The position numbers and the translations under genes are program-made. 50,781 nt of DNA, from assembly GCA_001724265.1 (NCBI GenBank), contig MEDY01000213.1:1-50781 (forward strand), written 5' to 3'. The stretch comes from Rhizaria sp. SCN 62-66. Lineage: Eukaryota. Below are positions 32,316-41,793 of the stretch, piece by piece; position 1 is the stretch's first letter, and each line of letters begins with the position of its first letter. The notes under the pieces are model-generated. The model worked only from the letters and a program-made list of their open reading frames with translations, was not told the origin of the DNA and ran no database searches.

Positions 32316-32987
32316 GATGCAAGGAGGTGCCTGTGCGAGGTCAAGAGCGACTTTGCTTGTCACGCGCGGTAGAAATATCGTTTTAAGAATGTTTAATATG
32401 TAGGAAAGTTAGAAAATCACATGAAAATTTGAGATCTATGTACCCTACTCACTGCGTCAAGGACTATCATGTCCATTCAGCGTCGTTTAGTTAGATGTAG
32501 ATGGAAACTTCCCACACTCAAAGTGCGACAATCTTGCTAGGGTATATCCCATGTTTTCTCGCAGATTCACAGTACTGGATTAAAATATATGAAAGAAAAC
32601 ACCGTTAAAAATTCCACAGACAAACGTGCAAAGTTAACAACGACTGATTAATGCTAGTAAAGTGATGCATTTCAGGGTTCATTTTGAAGCAACGCAAGTC
32701 AGACCCAAAATCTGCCTGCGCAGCGACGTAACCATGGTAAAGCAACTCTGCTTTTTTTTTTTTTTATGTCAGGCATACACATCACGAGATCACCACCAGA
32801 CGAAAACAGCGTAAATAATAAAATATGTATTCGGTTGAACAGCAGAACATGACCATCGACACTCTGCCAGTTCGTTATGTTCATGAGATGTGCACTGTAC
32901 GTACGACAAAACTTCGCGTAACATTTGATACTTTTTGGCCCGCTCGAATGGGGTTAGTTGTTCATCTTTCTCTTACCTGATGATCAT

Positions 32988-35981
32988 TCACTCGTCGTCT
33001 TCGTCCTCATCCTCGTCCTCGTCGTCGTCCTCGAGCGACTGGCGCAGCAGCTCGACGATGCCGCCGAGACTGACGGCCAGCGCGGCCTTGGCCTCGGCTG
33101 GCTCCTCGCGCATGACCTCCTCGGTGCTCACGCCAGCGTCCTCGTCCTCCTCGGCGCCATCGGTCAGCGCGCGCTTGCGGGCGTCGTAGAAGGCCACAAT
33201 GCAGGCCGCGTCGAGCTCGTCCGCGCCGACGAGCGTGGAGATGACGTGCTTGACCGCGGCCGCGTAGCTGGGGTGCATGAGCCCCGCGTGCAGGATACCC
33301 GGCAGGATGTACGCCGTCTGGTCCGACGCGCGCTGGCCGAACTTGCCCAGCGCGTAGCCCCACTTGGTGCACACCGAGCGCAGCGCCACCGCCTGCGTCT
33401 TGGTCACGGCCGCGGGCGAGACCTCGAACTTGGTCGCCGCGGCGGCGGCCGCAGCGGCGGCGGCGGCCGTGTTGGCGCCCAGCCCCTCGACCGAGGGCCC
33501 GCGCACCGGCTCGGGGAAGCCCGCGGCGACGAGCAGTCCCACGGTGACAGCCGCCGAGTACCAGTTGAGATTGATGTTGTGGCGCAGCTTGAGTTGCGCA
33601 AGCTCGAACACGACGTCGTCGACCTGGTCGTCGTCGGGCGCCGCGTAGGCCGCGTTGCGCTCGTTGAGCGTGGCGGCGATCTCGCGGAAGAAGCCGCCCT
33701 TGGGCACGACCTGGCGCGTGATGACGCCCAGGCCAGCGTCATCGTCATCGTCGCCGAAGCCGGCCTCATCCTCGGCCAGCAGCGCGTCCAGACTCAGCGC
33801 GGGGCGCGCGCGGAGGGCGCGGACCGCGGCGGGCGGGCACGGCGTGTTGAGCAGCGCAGAGACGGCGGGGCCGAACGCAGGCGCGAAGGGACGCGTGAAC
33901 ACGCGCGCGTTGCCGGCCGCGCCAGAGCTTGAGCCAGCGGCAGAGCCGGAGCCAGAGCCGGAGACGACTGCGGGGGACAGCGCGGCGAGCGCGGCGGGCG
34001 CGGCGAAGGGCGAGAAGGGCAGCGCGGCAGCGGCCACGGCGGGGGCGCGCGCGGAGCAGCTGGTGAGCGCCACCGAGAGCGGCTCGTCTGCCAGCGCGGC
34101 GGGCGCCGGGATGAGCAGGCAGCGGCCGAGCGGGCCGTCGTAGCTGTCGTCGCCGAGGCCCGCGCCGGCCGCCGCGGCGGGCGCGTCGTCGTCGTCGTCG
34201 CCGGCGCCCAGGTAGACGGTGAGCGCGCCCGCGGCGTGCGCGGCGGCGACGTCGGGCGACGCGGCGGCGGCGGCGGCGGCGGCGCGCTCGGCCTGCTCCT
34301 CGGCGAAGGCGGCGGCGTCCTCGGCGGCCGTCTTCTCTTCTTCCGACACGGGCACGTCGGCGCGCACGAGGCACGCGTAGGGCGGCACGATGTGTCCGGC
34401 GGCGATGACGACGCCGTCGCCCAGCAGAGCGCCGCGGCACACTCGCGCGCCCGCGCCGACGACGACGCCGCGGCCCAGCACGGCGCCCTCGACCACGGCG
34501 CCCGCGCCGACGGACGCGCCCGCGAAGAGGTACGACGACGTGACCACGGCGTCGGCGCCGATGGCGACGCCGGGGCAGGCGATGACCTTGCTGAGGCGCG
34601 CGCGCGGGCCGAGCGTGGTGTTGGGCGAGAGCAGGCAGTCGCGGTCTGTGGTGACGCCGGCGTGCACGATGAACGGGCCCGAGGCGGCCGCCGCGCACGA
34701 GAGACCCGACAGGGCCGCCGCGAGCGCGGGCGCGGAGAGAGCAGAGGCTGACGCATAGGAGCCCGCGGCGGCGGCGGCGGAGGACGACGACGACGGAGAG
34801 GCCGGGGAGCCGGGGCCGCCCGTGGAGGACGCCGAGGCCGAGGCCGAGGCCGAGGGCAGGTAAGAGAGCGAGCGCGCGAGAGCCGGCTGCGGGCGCGGCA
34901 GTGGGGCGCCCGCGGGCGCGGAGGTCGCCGCGGAGGGCGCGAGCGTGGCCGCCGACGACGCGACGGCAGCAGCGGCGCCGGCGCCGGCGGCGTCGGCGTC
35001 GGAGGAGGCGGCGGCGACGATGGAGCCCGTGAGCGGGCGGTAGCCGGCGCCGCGGACGTAGGCGTACGCGGTGTTGCCGAGCAGGTTGGCGTCGGGCGTG
35101 AAGGGCGCGACCCAGCGGCGCAGCACGTCGTGCGTGACGGTGTGGAAGGTGCGCCAGTCGGTGACGCGCGACGAGTAAGAAACCTGGGGGAAGATGTGCG
35201 CGCACACCTTGTCTTCGTTCATGAGGTCGCTGTCCTGCTTGTCGATGGCGTTGCGGACGTACTGCGCGCGCAGGTCCACGTAGTCGACGTTGTCGACACA
35301 GAAGGCCGTGAGGACGCCCGCGCCGCAGACGGCGATGTGGGCGTCGACGAGGTCGTAGCGCAGACGGGCCGCTTCGTGCCGCTGCAGCGAGTGCAGCGGG
35401 AGCAGCAGCGAGTCCGAGGTGACGTCGTTCGAGTAGACGATGAGCTCGTGCGAGCGCGGGTTCATGCCGACGATGAGGTCGTCCTCGGGGGAGCGCATCG
35501 CGTGGCCCGGGCGCACGGTCGAGAAGGCCATGGTCATCGTCACTGTGGGGTCTGCCGCGAAGCGCGCCTTATGCTCGTCGATCAGCGCGCGAATGGGCGC
35601 GTTGGTGACGACGTCGCCCGAGATAAGAACAAAGTCACCAGTGAGCTTGTTGAGGTGGCCGAGCGTGCGGAGCGCGTCGCCGATGGTCGTCGCCGGGGCC
35701 TTGATGACCTCGATCGACACGTTGTGGCGGTGCGGCCAGCGGGTCTCGTAGCGCTTCAGCTGCGCCTCCTGCTGCGGACACGTAACGATGAAGATCTGCT
35801 CAACGCCGGCAAGAGCGAGCGCCTCGAGAGAGTACTCGATCATGGGAACGCCGGCAATGGGAAGCAGGACCTTGGGCGTGGTGGCCGAGAAGGGGCGGAA
35901 CCGGGCGGGGTCCATGTCCGCGTCGGCCAGCACGACCGCCTGCAGGAGCTTCTTAGAGTCCTGTCCGAACGATTCAGACAT
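32988..35981 (-). CDS. EIF2B5: Translation initiation factor eIF2B epsilon subunit (GCD6/EIF2B5), 997 aa
   Basis: LQAVVLAD...RFRPFSATTPKVLLPIAGVPMIEYSLE, DFVLISGDVVTN, RYDLVDAHIAVC, DVLRRWVAPFTPD, hexapeptide beta-helix repeats, and a W2-like acidic C-terminus. ATG at 35981; ends TGA. Confidence 0.92.
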   Translation of the reverse strand: MSESFGQDSKKLLQAVVLADADMDPARFRPFSATTPKVLLPIAGVPMIEYSLEALALAGVEQIFIVTCPQQEAQLKRYETRWPHRHNVSIEVIKAPATTIGDALRTLGHLNKLTGDFVLISGDVVTNAPIRALIDEHKARFAADPTVTMTMAFSTVRPGHAMRSPEDDLIVGMNPRSHELIVYSNDVTSDSLLLPLHSLQRHEAARLRYDLVDAHIAVCGAGVLTAFCVDNVDYVDLRAQYVRNAIDKQDSDLMNEDKVCAHIFPQVSYSSRVTDWRTFHTVTHDVLRRWVAPFTPDANLLGNTAYAYVRGAGYRPLTGSIVAAASSDADAAGAGAAAAVASSAATLAPSAATSAPAGAPLPRPQPALARSLSYLPSASASASASSTGGPGSPASPSSSSSAAAAAGSYASASALSAPALAAALSGLSCAAAASGPFIVHAGVTTDRDCLLSPNTTLGPRARLSKVIACPGVAIGADAVVTSSYLFAGASVGAGAVVEGAVLGRGVVVGAGARVCRGALLGDGVVIAAGHIVPPYACLVRADVPVSEEEKTAAEDAAAFAEEQAERAAAAAAAASPDVAAAHAAGALTVYLGAGDDDDDAPAAAAGAGLGDDSYDGPLGRCLLIPAPAALADEPLSVALTSCSARAPAVAAAALPFSPFAAPAALAALSPAVVSGSGSGSAAGSSSGAAGNARVFTRPFAPAFGPAVSALLNTPCPPAAVRALRARPALSLDALLAEDEAGFGDDDDDAGLGVITRQVVPKGGFFREIAATLNERNAAYAAPDDDQVDDVVFELAQLKLRHNINLNWYSAAVTVGLLVAAGFPEPVRGPSVEGLGANTAAAAAAAAAAATKFEVSPAAVTKTQAVALRSVCTKWGYALGKFGQRASDQTAYILPGILHAGLMHPSYAAAVKHVISTLVGADELDAACIVAFYDARKRALTDGAEEDEDAGVSTEEVMREEPAEAKAALAVSLGGIVELLRQSLEDDDEDEDEDEDDE

Positions 35982-37239
35982 CAGGCTGCAAGGGACATAC
36001 GCGGACAAAAGCAGGTGAGACGATTGTGAAGAGCGCGGGTGCGGGGAAGGCGGGAGGATGGTGAGAGCAAGTCAGAGTGAGCGAGGGCCAGAGGCGGGCA
36101 AGTGTGCGGAAACAGGAGAGCCATATAATGGCAATGTAATATAAGTTTTGAATAGAAAAATAGCGCGATTTCATGGAACATGAGCGTTAGCGACTATCGC
36201 CTCAGTACATATCACGGGATACTCTTCGAAAGATGTGCCGCATCAGGACCGCGCCCTCTTGCTGGGCTCGGACGAGTAGCCGCGACCGTGAGCAGTCACT
36301 CAATCGACCGAGTACTCTGATTTAGCACTTTCGAACTTAAAAAGGAGGGAATATGACAGCCTTTGATATGAATAATAAGAAGAGTTTATTAACGACAACG
36401 CATCTACATAAGAACGGGTTTTGGCGGGTATAGTCAGCAGTATTGCTGTTCAGATATCTATTTGAAAGGGGATATCTGAGCGCACGCCGTGGCCACACGA
36501 CACAGGCTGTGCATTGCGCCACGGAAGCGAGATACGGACAGATGTACACCCAGGTATAATGATAAAGAGAGCGTATGCAGCGACCGGCCGCAAGCAGGCC
36601 AATAGTGGGGAAATTGCGTGAAACTGTGATCGGATTAAGCGTGCGCACCTTGCGCATGCAAAGAGCGGGTTGTGACACAACGGGGTCTTGTTAGGGAGAG
36701 AAGGAAATGAAAAATAAAAAAATACATGTACACGATATACAGTCCACAGAGTACTACAACTGGGAGGCAGATGCAAACAAACAGAATACGTTTTTACAAC
36801 TAGCTGTCGCTGTCGCATGACGCAAAAGAGAGATACGGAGCAGCCCTCGCAGACCAGCGCTAAGCTGATTCGTACGCAGCTTCGACTAGCAAACACAACT
36901 GCAGCTGAGACCTTTCGCAAATTATTAGTACAGATATAATAACTCAGCCCTCGTCCAGCTCTGTCACGAGCGCACAGCTGTTGTGCCCGCGTTGCCTCGT
37001 GCTACAGCGCAGCAGTTTCCGAACGCGCGGCGGCCCCCAAGCAGGACAGCTTTCGCGGGAGTGTCGCTGTTATTCAAAGTGCAAGGTTTCGCAGTGAGTT
37101 GTAGGCAGTCGTCATCGTCTTTGCCATAGTTCGTTGCTACGTCATCGCAGTTTAGCCAGTGTTTCCACACGTGCGCAAAGTCCTCAGTCAAGAGCCGCCC
37201 GTGCAGAGCAAAGAGCTCTGACACGGCTTCGCACGCCCA

Positions 37240-37289
37240 CAGTCTCCAGTCCAGTCCAGTCAGTCAGTCAGTCTGTCAGTCAGTCGGTC
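37240..37289. repeat. Imperfect (CCAGT)n/(CAGT)n microsatellite
   Basis: cagtctccagtccagtccagtcagtcagtcagtctgtcagtcagtcggtc, downstream of the KDEL gene. Confidence 0.8.
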
Positions 37290-37352
37290 GACACACGGGT
37301 CCCGTCCTGTCCAGTCGGTTTAAGGACGGGACGGCCCCCCGGACTGGGCACT

Positions 37353-38123
37353 TCAAAGCTCGTCCTTAATGTCATCGGCGGGTTCACGCGGCGGCACGAT
37401 GCCCCCCGGCGGAACGGGCCCGTCGGCCGCTCTGGCCTTCTCGGCTGCGGCCACGGCGGGCGCCGCGCGCGCGGCCGCGCCCCCAGTCACGGGCGCCGCG
37501 GGCGCAGCGGGCGCCGCGCCCCCGTGCGCGTGCGCGTGCGAGTGCGCGTACGGCGAGGACTTGCCGTGGCCCGCGGCCTGCTGCTGGCGCTGCGCGCGTG
37601 CCTTGACGGTGCGCTCCATCTGGTACTTACGGATGGCGTCGGGCATCGGCGGCAGTGGCGGCGGCGGCGCGTAGCCAGTGGCCGTGCGGATGTCGTCGAC
37701 GCCTCGCAGTCCGGGCCCCGGCGGCGGCGGCGGTGGCCGCGGCACGCCCGGCTGCCGCGCGTGCGGCTTCCCGTGCAAGGGCGGCAGCGGGGCGCCGCCG
37801 GGGGGCGTGTGCGGGTGCGGATGCGCGTGCGCGGAGGCCGCGGACGATGAGGACGGGGGCCCGCGCGGGGGCGGCGGGGTGGCGTGGAGCAGGGGCGTGG
37901 CGGGGGCGGCGGCGCGCGCCTCGGCAAGCAGCGCCTCGAGGTGCGCGATCTTCTCCTCGGGGGACAGCGAGGCGAGGTCGACCTGCTGCGAGAGCACGAT
38001 GATGATGGAGGAGAAGAGCAGCGCGAGCAGCGCCCAGATGGAGCGCGAGGGCGTCAGCTGGCGCGACAGCGACGAAGCCGACGGTGACTGCGACGGCGCG
38101 AGCCGGCGGCACGGGGCGGGCAT
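37353..38123 (-). CDS. Uncharacterised Pro/His/Ala-rich ER protein with a signal/anchor segment and C-terminal KDEL (about 256 aa)
   Basis: Hydrophobic segment IWALLALLFSSIIIVLS near the N-terminus, C-terminal ...DDIKDEL then TGA, and host-like codon bias. The start position is uncertain. Confidence 0.7.
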   Translation of the reverse strand: MPAPCRRLAPSQSPSASSLSRQLTPSRSIWALLALLFSSIIIVLSQQVDLASLSPEEKIAHLEALLAEARAAAPATPLLHATPPPPRGPPSSSSAASAHAHPHPHTPPGGAPLPPLHGKPHARQPGVPRPPPPPPGPGLRGVDDIRTATGYAPPPPLPPMPDAIRKYQMERTVKARAQRQQQAAGHGKSSPYAHSHAHAHGGAAPAAPAAPVTGGAAARAAPAVAAAEKARAADGPVPPGGIVPPREPADDIKDEL

Positions 38124-38607
38124 CGGGTAGCGCGGACGAGACAGCAAACTCGCAGATGTTAAGGCGAGACGCGGGGAAAAAACCGGAAGCTGAACAAGCA
38201 TAAATGGGGCGATGGGCAGAGGTGAGAGGAAAGGAGAGAGGCTGTGATGACAGAGCAGAAGGCGTAACCAGAATTAAGGATTCCTATGCTATTATCCGGA
38301 TAAAACCAGTTTTGGTAAATGACAATGGAATTGAATCAACTAGACCTAACTATTGGTTCATATTATACACATTGAAACATCGAGGCGATCGAACCAAAAG
38401 CTGGAACAAGTTTCGACCAGAAGTCGCTTTTGGCCCTCTCTCGTCGATCCGTTCGGCCGAGAGTCAGATTGCATCGATCACGTGGAAATAAAATAGACAA
38501 CCAGAGCTGCATCCCTCCGACATATGCACATTTTGACGTCTGATATGATGTACCATATATACAATCTAACATGAACTTGATTTGTTTTTTCTACACGCAG
38601 CATCACG

Positions 38608-39137
38608 ATGTCCATGTCAAGGTTCGCTAGGCTGACCCGCAAGATGGCTGGCGCCGTTGCCCGCCCTCTTGTCGCGGCCCCCGCTCGCGCGTTCGCCGTC
38701 AAGGCCATCAAGACCAACGAGGAGCTCGCCGAGTCTCTTGCTGCCCACAAGGTTAGTTCTCTTACATGCTCAGCTCTCCCCATCTTGCCCGTTTGCACTC
38801 GTCAGTCACATTTACGCTCACCTCGTCAGTTCCCCACTGTCCTTGCCTTCCCCCTTCCACGCACGCTCAGAACAAGACCGTCGTCATCGACTGGTACGCT
38901 GACTGGTGTGGCCCCTGCCGCCACTTTGCGCCCACCTACGAGCGCATCTCGAACGAGTCCGCGTACGCCGACTCCCACGTCTTCCTCAAGGCCAACGTCG
39001 AGGAGGTCGAGTCCGACTCTGTCGACGGCTTCCCCTCGATCTCCTCCATCCCTTCATTCTTCGTCATCAAGGACGGCAAGGTCAAGTCCATGTCCGGCGC
39101 TGACCCCGCCAAATTTACCCAGCTGATTAACGCGTAA
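38608..39137 (+). CDS. Thioredoxin, probably mitochondrial; exons 38608-38751 and 38871-39137 (136 aa)
   Basis: DWYADWCGPC active site and SIPSF cis-Pro motif. Arg/Ala-rich presequence MSMSRFARLTRKMAGAVARPLVAAPARAF. Ends TAA. Confidence 0.92.
38752..38870 (+). other. Spliceosomal intron of thioredoxin (119 nt)
   Basis: GTTAGT...pyrimidine tract...GCTCAG; phase 0, joins AAHK to NKTVVIDW. Confidence 0.88.
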
Positions 39138-39693
39138 AATGAGCAGAGATAAGCATGCTCAATAGCAGTGACCACAAACGTAGCCGCTGCACTTAATGTC
39201 TCAGGGCACGGGTTACACACGCAATATGTGAGCCTACAGGACCAGTTCAATGATTTATTATTCAATACATTTTTTAATTTGTGATACCAGCGTTTGACGT
39301 TGGTTTGCCTTTGCGAATACACGTAGACATTGACTTTTCTGTTGTTAGATCCGTTGTTGGTGCCGCTCTGTCGCCTCGTGGTGGTTGGACTTGGGGGTGT
39401 ATTCTTTCGGGATGATCTACGAGAGTTCCACATTGACCGTCAATCGTTATACCACCCACACTTTCGACTTCTATCATACGACTTATCTACTATACTTCAT
39501 TTGAATATTAACACGACTCTCCGATCACAACATTCTCACCTCTTTTGTATTCGAACTGTGCTTCCCCAGTCCAAGCGATCCCCCGCGCTCGTTTGTCTGA
39601 CAGCGAGCACCGTTTCTATTTTCTTTTACAGACTACACCCCTGTACTCTATCGATTTCTTGCGCTGCCCCGCGCCTGACTGACTGAGCGCACC

Positions 39694-40793
39694 ATGGCGA
39701 CGTCGAGCAACAACGCGCACTCGCGCATGTCGCGCGAGGACTACAATAAGGCCAAGGAGCTCGAGGAAATGCGCAAGGCCGGCTCTGCGATGCCCGCCAC
39801 GGACGAGGAAGGCAAGCTCATCAACCCGCACATCCCGCACTATATTTCCAACGTGCCGTGGTACTACGGCGAGACGGGCACCACCCTGCGCCACCAAACC
39901 ACCAAGAATTTCGAGTCCGCCACCGGCGCCGCCGCAGCCGCCCCCGCGGGCGGACTCACCACCACGCGCGCCTACGTCCGCTCCGCGGCTGCGGTCGGCG
40001 CACGCTTCCGACCCGGATCGTGCGCGAACTGCGGCGCGATTGACCACGCCGCGAAGCAATGCCTTGAGCGGCCCCGCGCCAAAACGGCGCGCCTGCTCGA
40101 CACGACACTGGTCGAGGACCGCCGCGTGGTGGGCGCGAAGCTGGACTGGGAGGGGCAGCGCGACTCGTGGCAGAACGTCGACGCCGCGCGCGTGCAGCAG
40201 GAAGTCGTTGCGCGCCACGCCAAGGCCGACGCCGAGCGCGCGCGCGTCAAGGAGGAGCAGCTCCGTGCGAAGCTCCAGCGCAAGGAGCAGCAGGCCGCCT
40301 CCGACAGCGCCCACGGCGACGGCGACGGCGACGGCGACACGGCCGCAGCCGAGGGCGCAGCTGAGGGCCAGGGCCAGGGCCAGGTCAAGCGCCGGCGCGT
40401 GGCTGGTGGCGCCACCAACAACGCTAACTCTGACAGCGACAGCGACGCGGGCGGCGGCTCCGATTCCGGCTCCGACGCTGAGGACGACGACCTGGCCGAC
40501 GCGGGCCGCGTGCAGCAGAAGCGCGACGCGCGCTCGCGCGGCACGGTGCGCAACCTGCGCATTCGCGAGGACACGGCCAAGTACCTCCGCAACCTTGACC
40601 TGTCGAGCGCCTTCTACGACCCGAAGACGCGCTCCATGCGCGAGAACCCCTACGCGGCGGACGACCCGCGCGCGCTGCTCTACGCCGGCGACAACGCGCT
40701 GCGCGCGGGTGGCGAGGCGGCCGCCGTGACAGAGTACCAGCGCTTCGCCCTGCAGCGCGCCGCGGCCGCCGAGGCCGCATCCGCATCGGGCGC

Positions 40794-40829
<36 letters not shown>

Positions 40830-41529
40830 GATCGGGGACATGATCACACCATCGAGCGTGGAGAGCGAGTACAAGGCGCACCTGCGCGCTAAGGAGGAGC
40901 AGCGCCGCCGCCACGAGGAGCTCATCGCGCAAAAGTACGGCACCGCGGGTGCGGGCGCGGGCGAAAGCGCAGGCGCGACCGCCGCCACCGCCGCCGCCGC
41001 CGCCGCGACCGCGGAGGCTGAGGCCGAGGCAGTGGGCCGGCTGGTGGCCGCGGGCGGCGTCGACGGCGGGATCATCGTCCGCACGGCGCGCAACAAGCGG
41101 CTGCTGTACGATCACGACGACGCGCCCGCAGACGCAGACGTCGCCGCGCAGTCGGCCGGGGCCGCTAGCGCGCTGGCTGCCGAGACCGAGGCCCGCAGTG
41201 CCGCCGCCGCAGCCGCCGCGGCGGGCGCGGGGAAGCGGCACGTGCACGCGGGCGCGCGCGCGACCCGGTACCTGGCGCCGGGCGACGCGAACCCGACGCT
41301 GGTGCCCGTGACCAAGTACATCGAGGACGAGTGGCTGGGCAACCACACGTCCGTGTTCGGGTCCTGGTACGACCGCGCCGCGGGCCGCTGGGGCTACGCG
41401 TGCTGCCGGCAGACGGCGCGCGCCGCGTACTGCGTGCCCATCGTCAAGCAGCAGCAGAGCAAGGCCGAGGCCGTGACAGCGACTGCTGGCGCGGCTGTGT
41501 TCAAGACGGAGCCTGGAACGCACTCGTGA
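39694..41529 (+). CDS. SLU7: Pre-mRNA splicing factor SLU7 (611 aa)
   Basis: SREDY...ELEEMRKAG...INPHIPHYISNVPWY, zinc knuckle CANCGAIDHAAKQCLERPR, VRNLRIREDTAKYLRNLD...YDPKTRSMRENP, NHTSVFGSWY...WGYACC. Ends TGA. Confidence 0.96.
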
Positions 41530-41793
41530 GCTTGGAGTTATGATAGGAAACGCGGCTGTATGAAGCAAACGTTTTGTTGGGCCACTCGAGCACAATTAAT
41601 ATAACCACCAATACAATAGTCCATTTAAGCTTGTGGTTGAAGTCAAGAGAATAGCGTTGATGCACATATTTATTTTCGAAAGTCAAACGTGGGTAAAGAA
41701 CTCTATTGATCATGGGATTGTACAAGTTATGTAGATTTGCGTTGTGTGATTAGATTAATGTTACAAGACATGAAAAGTGTTGGTTAAAGCAAC

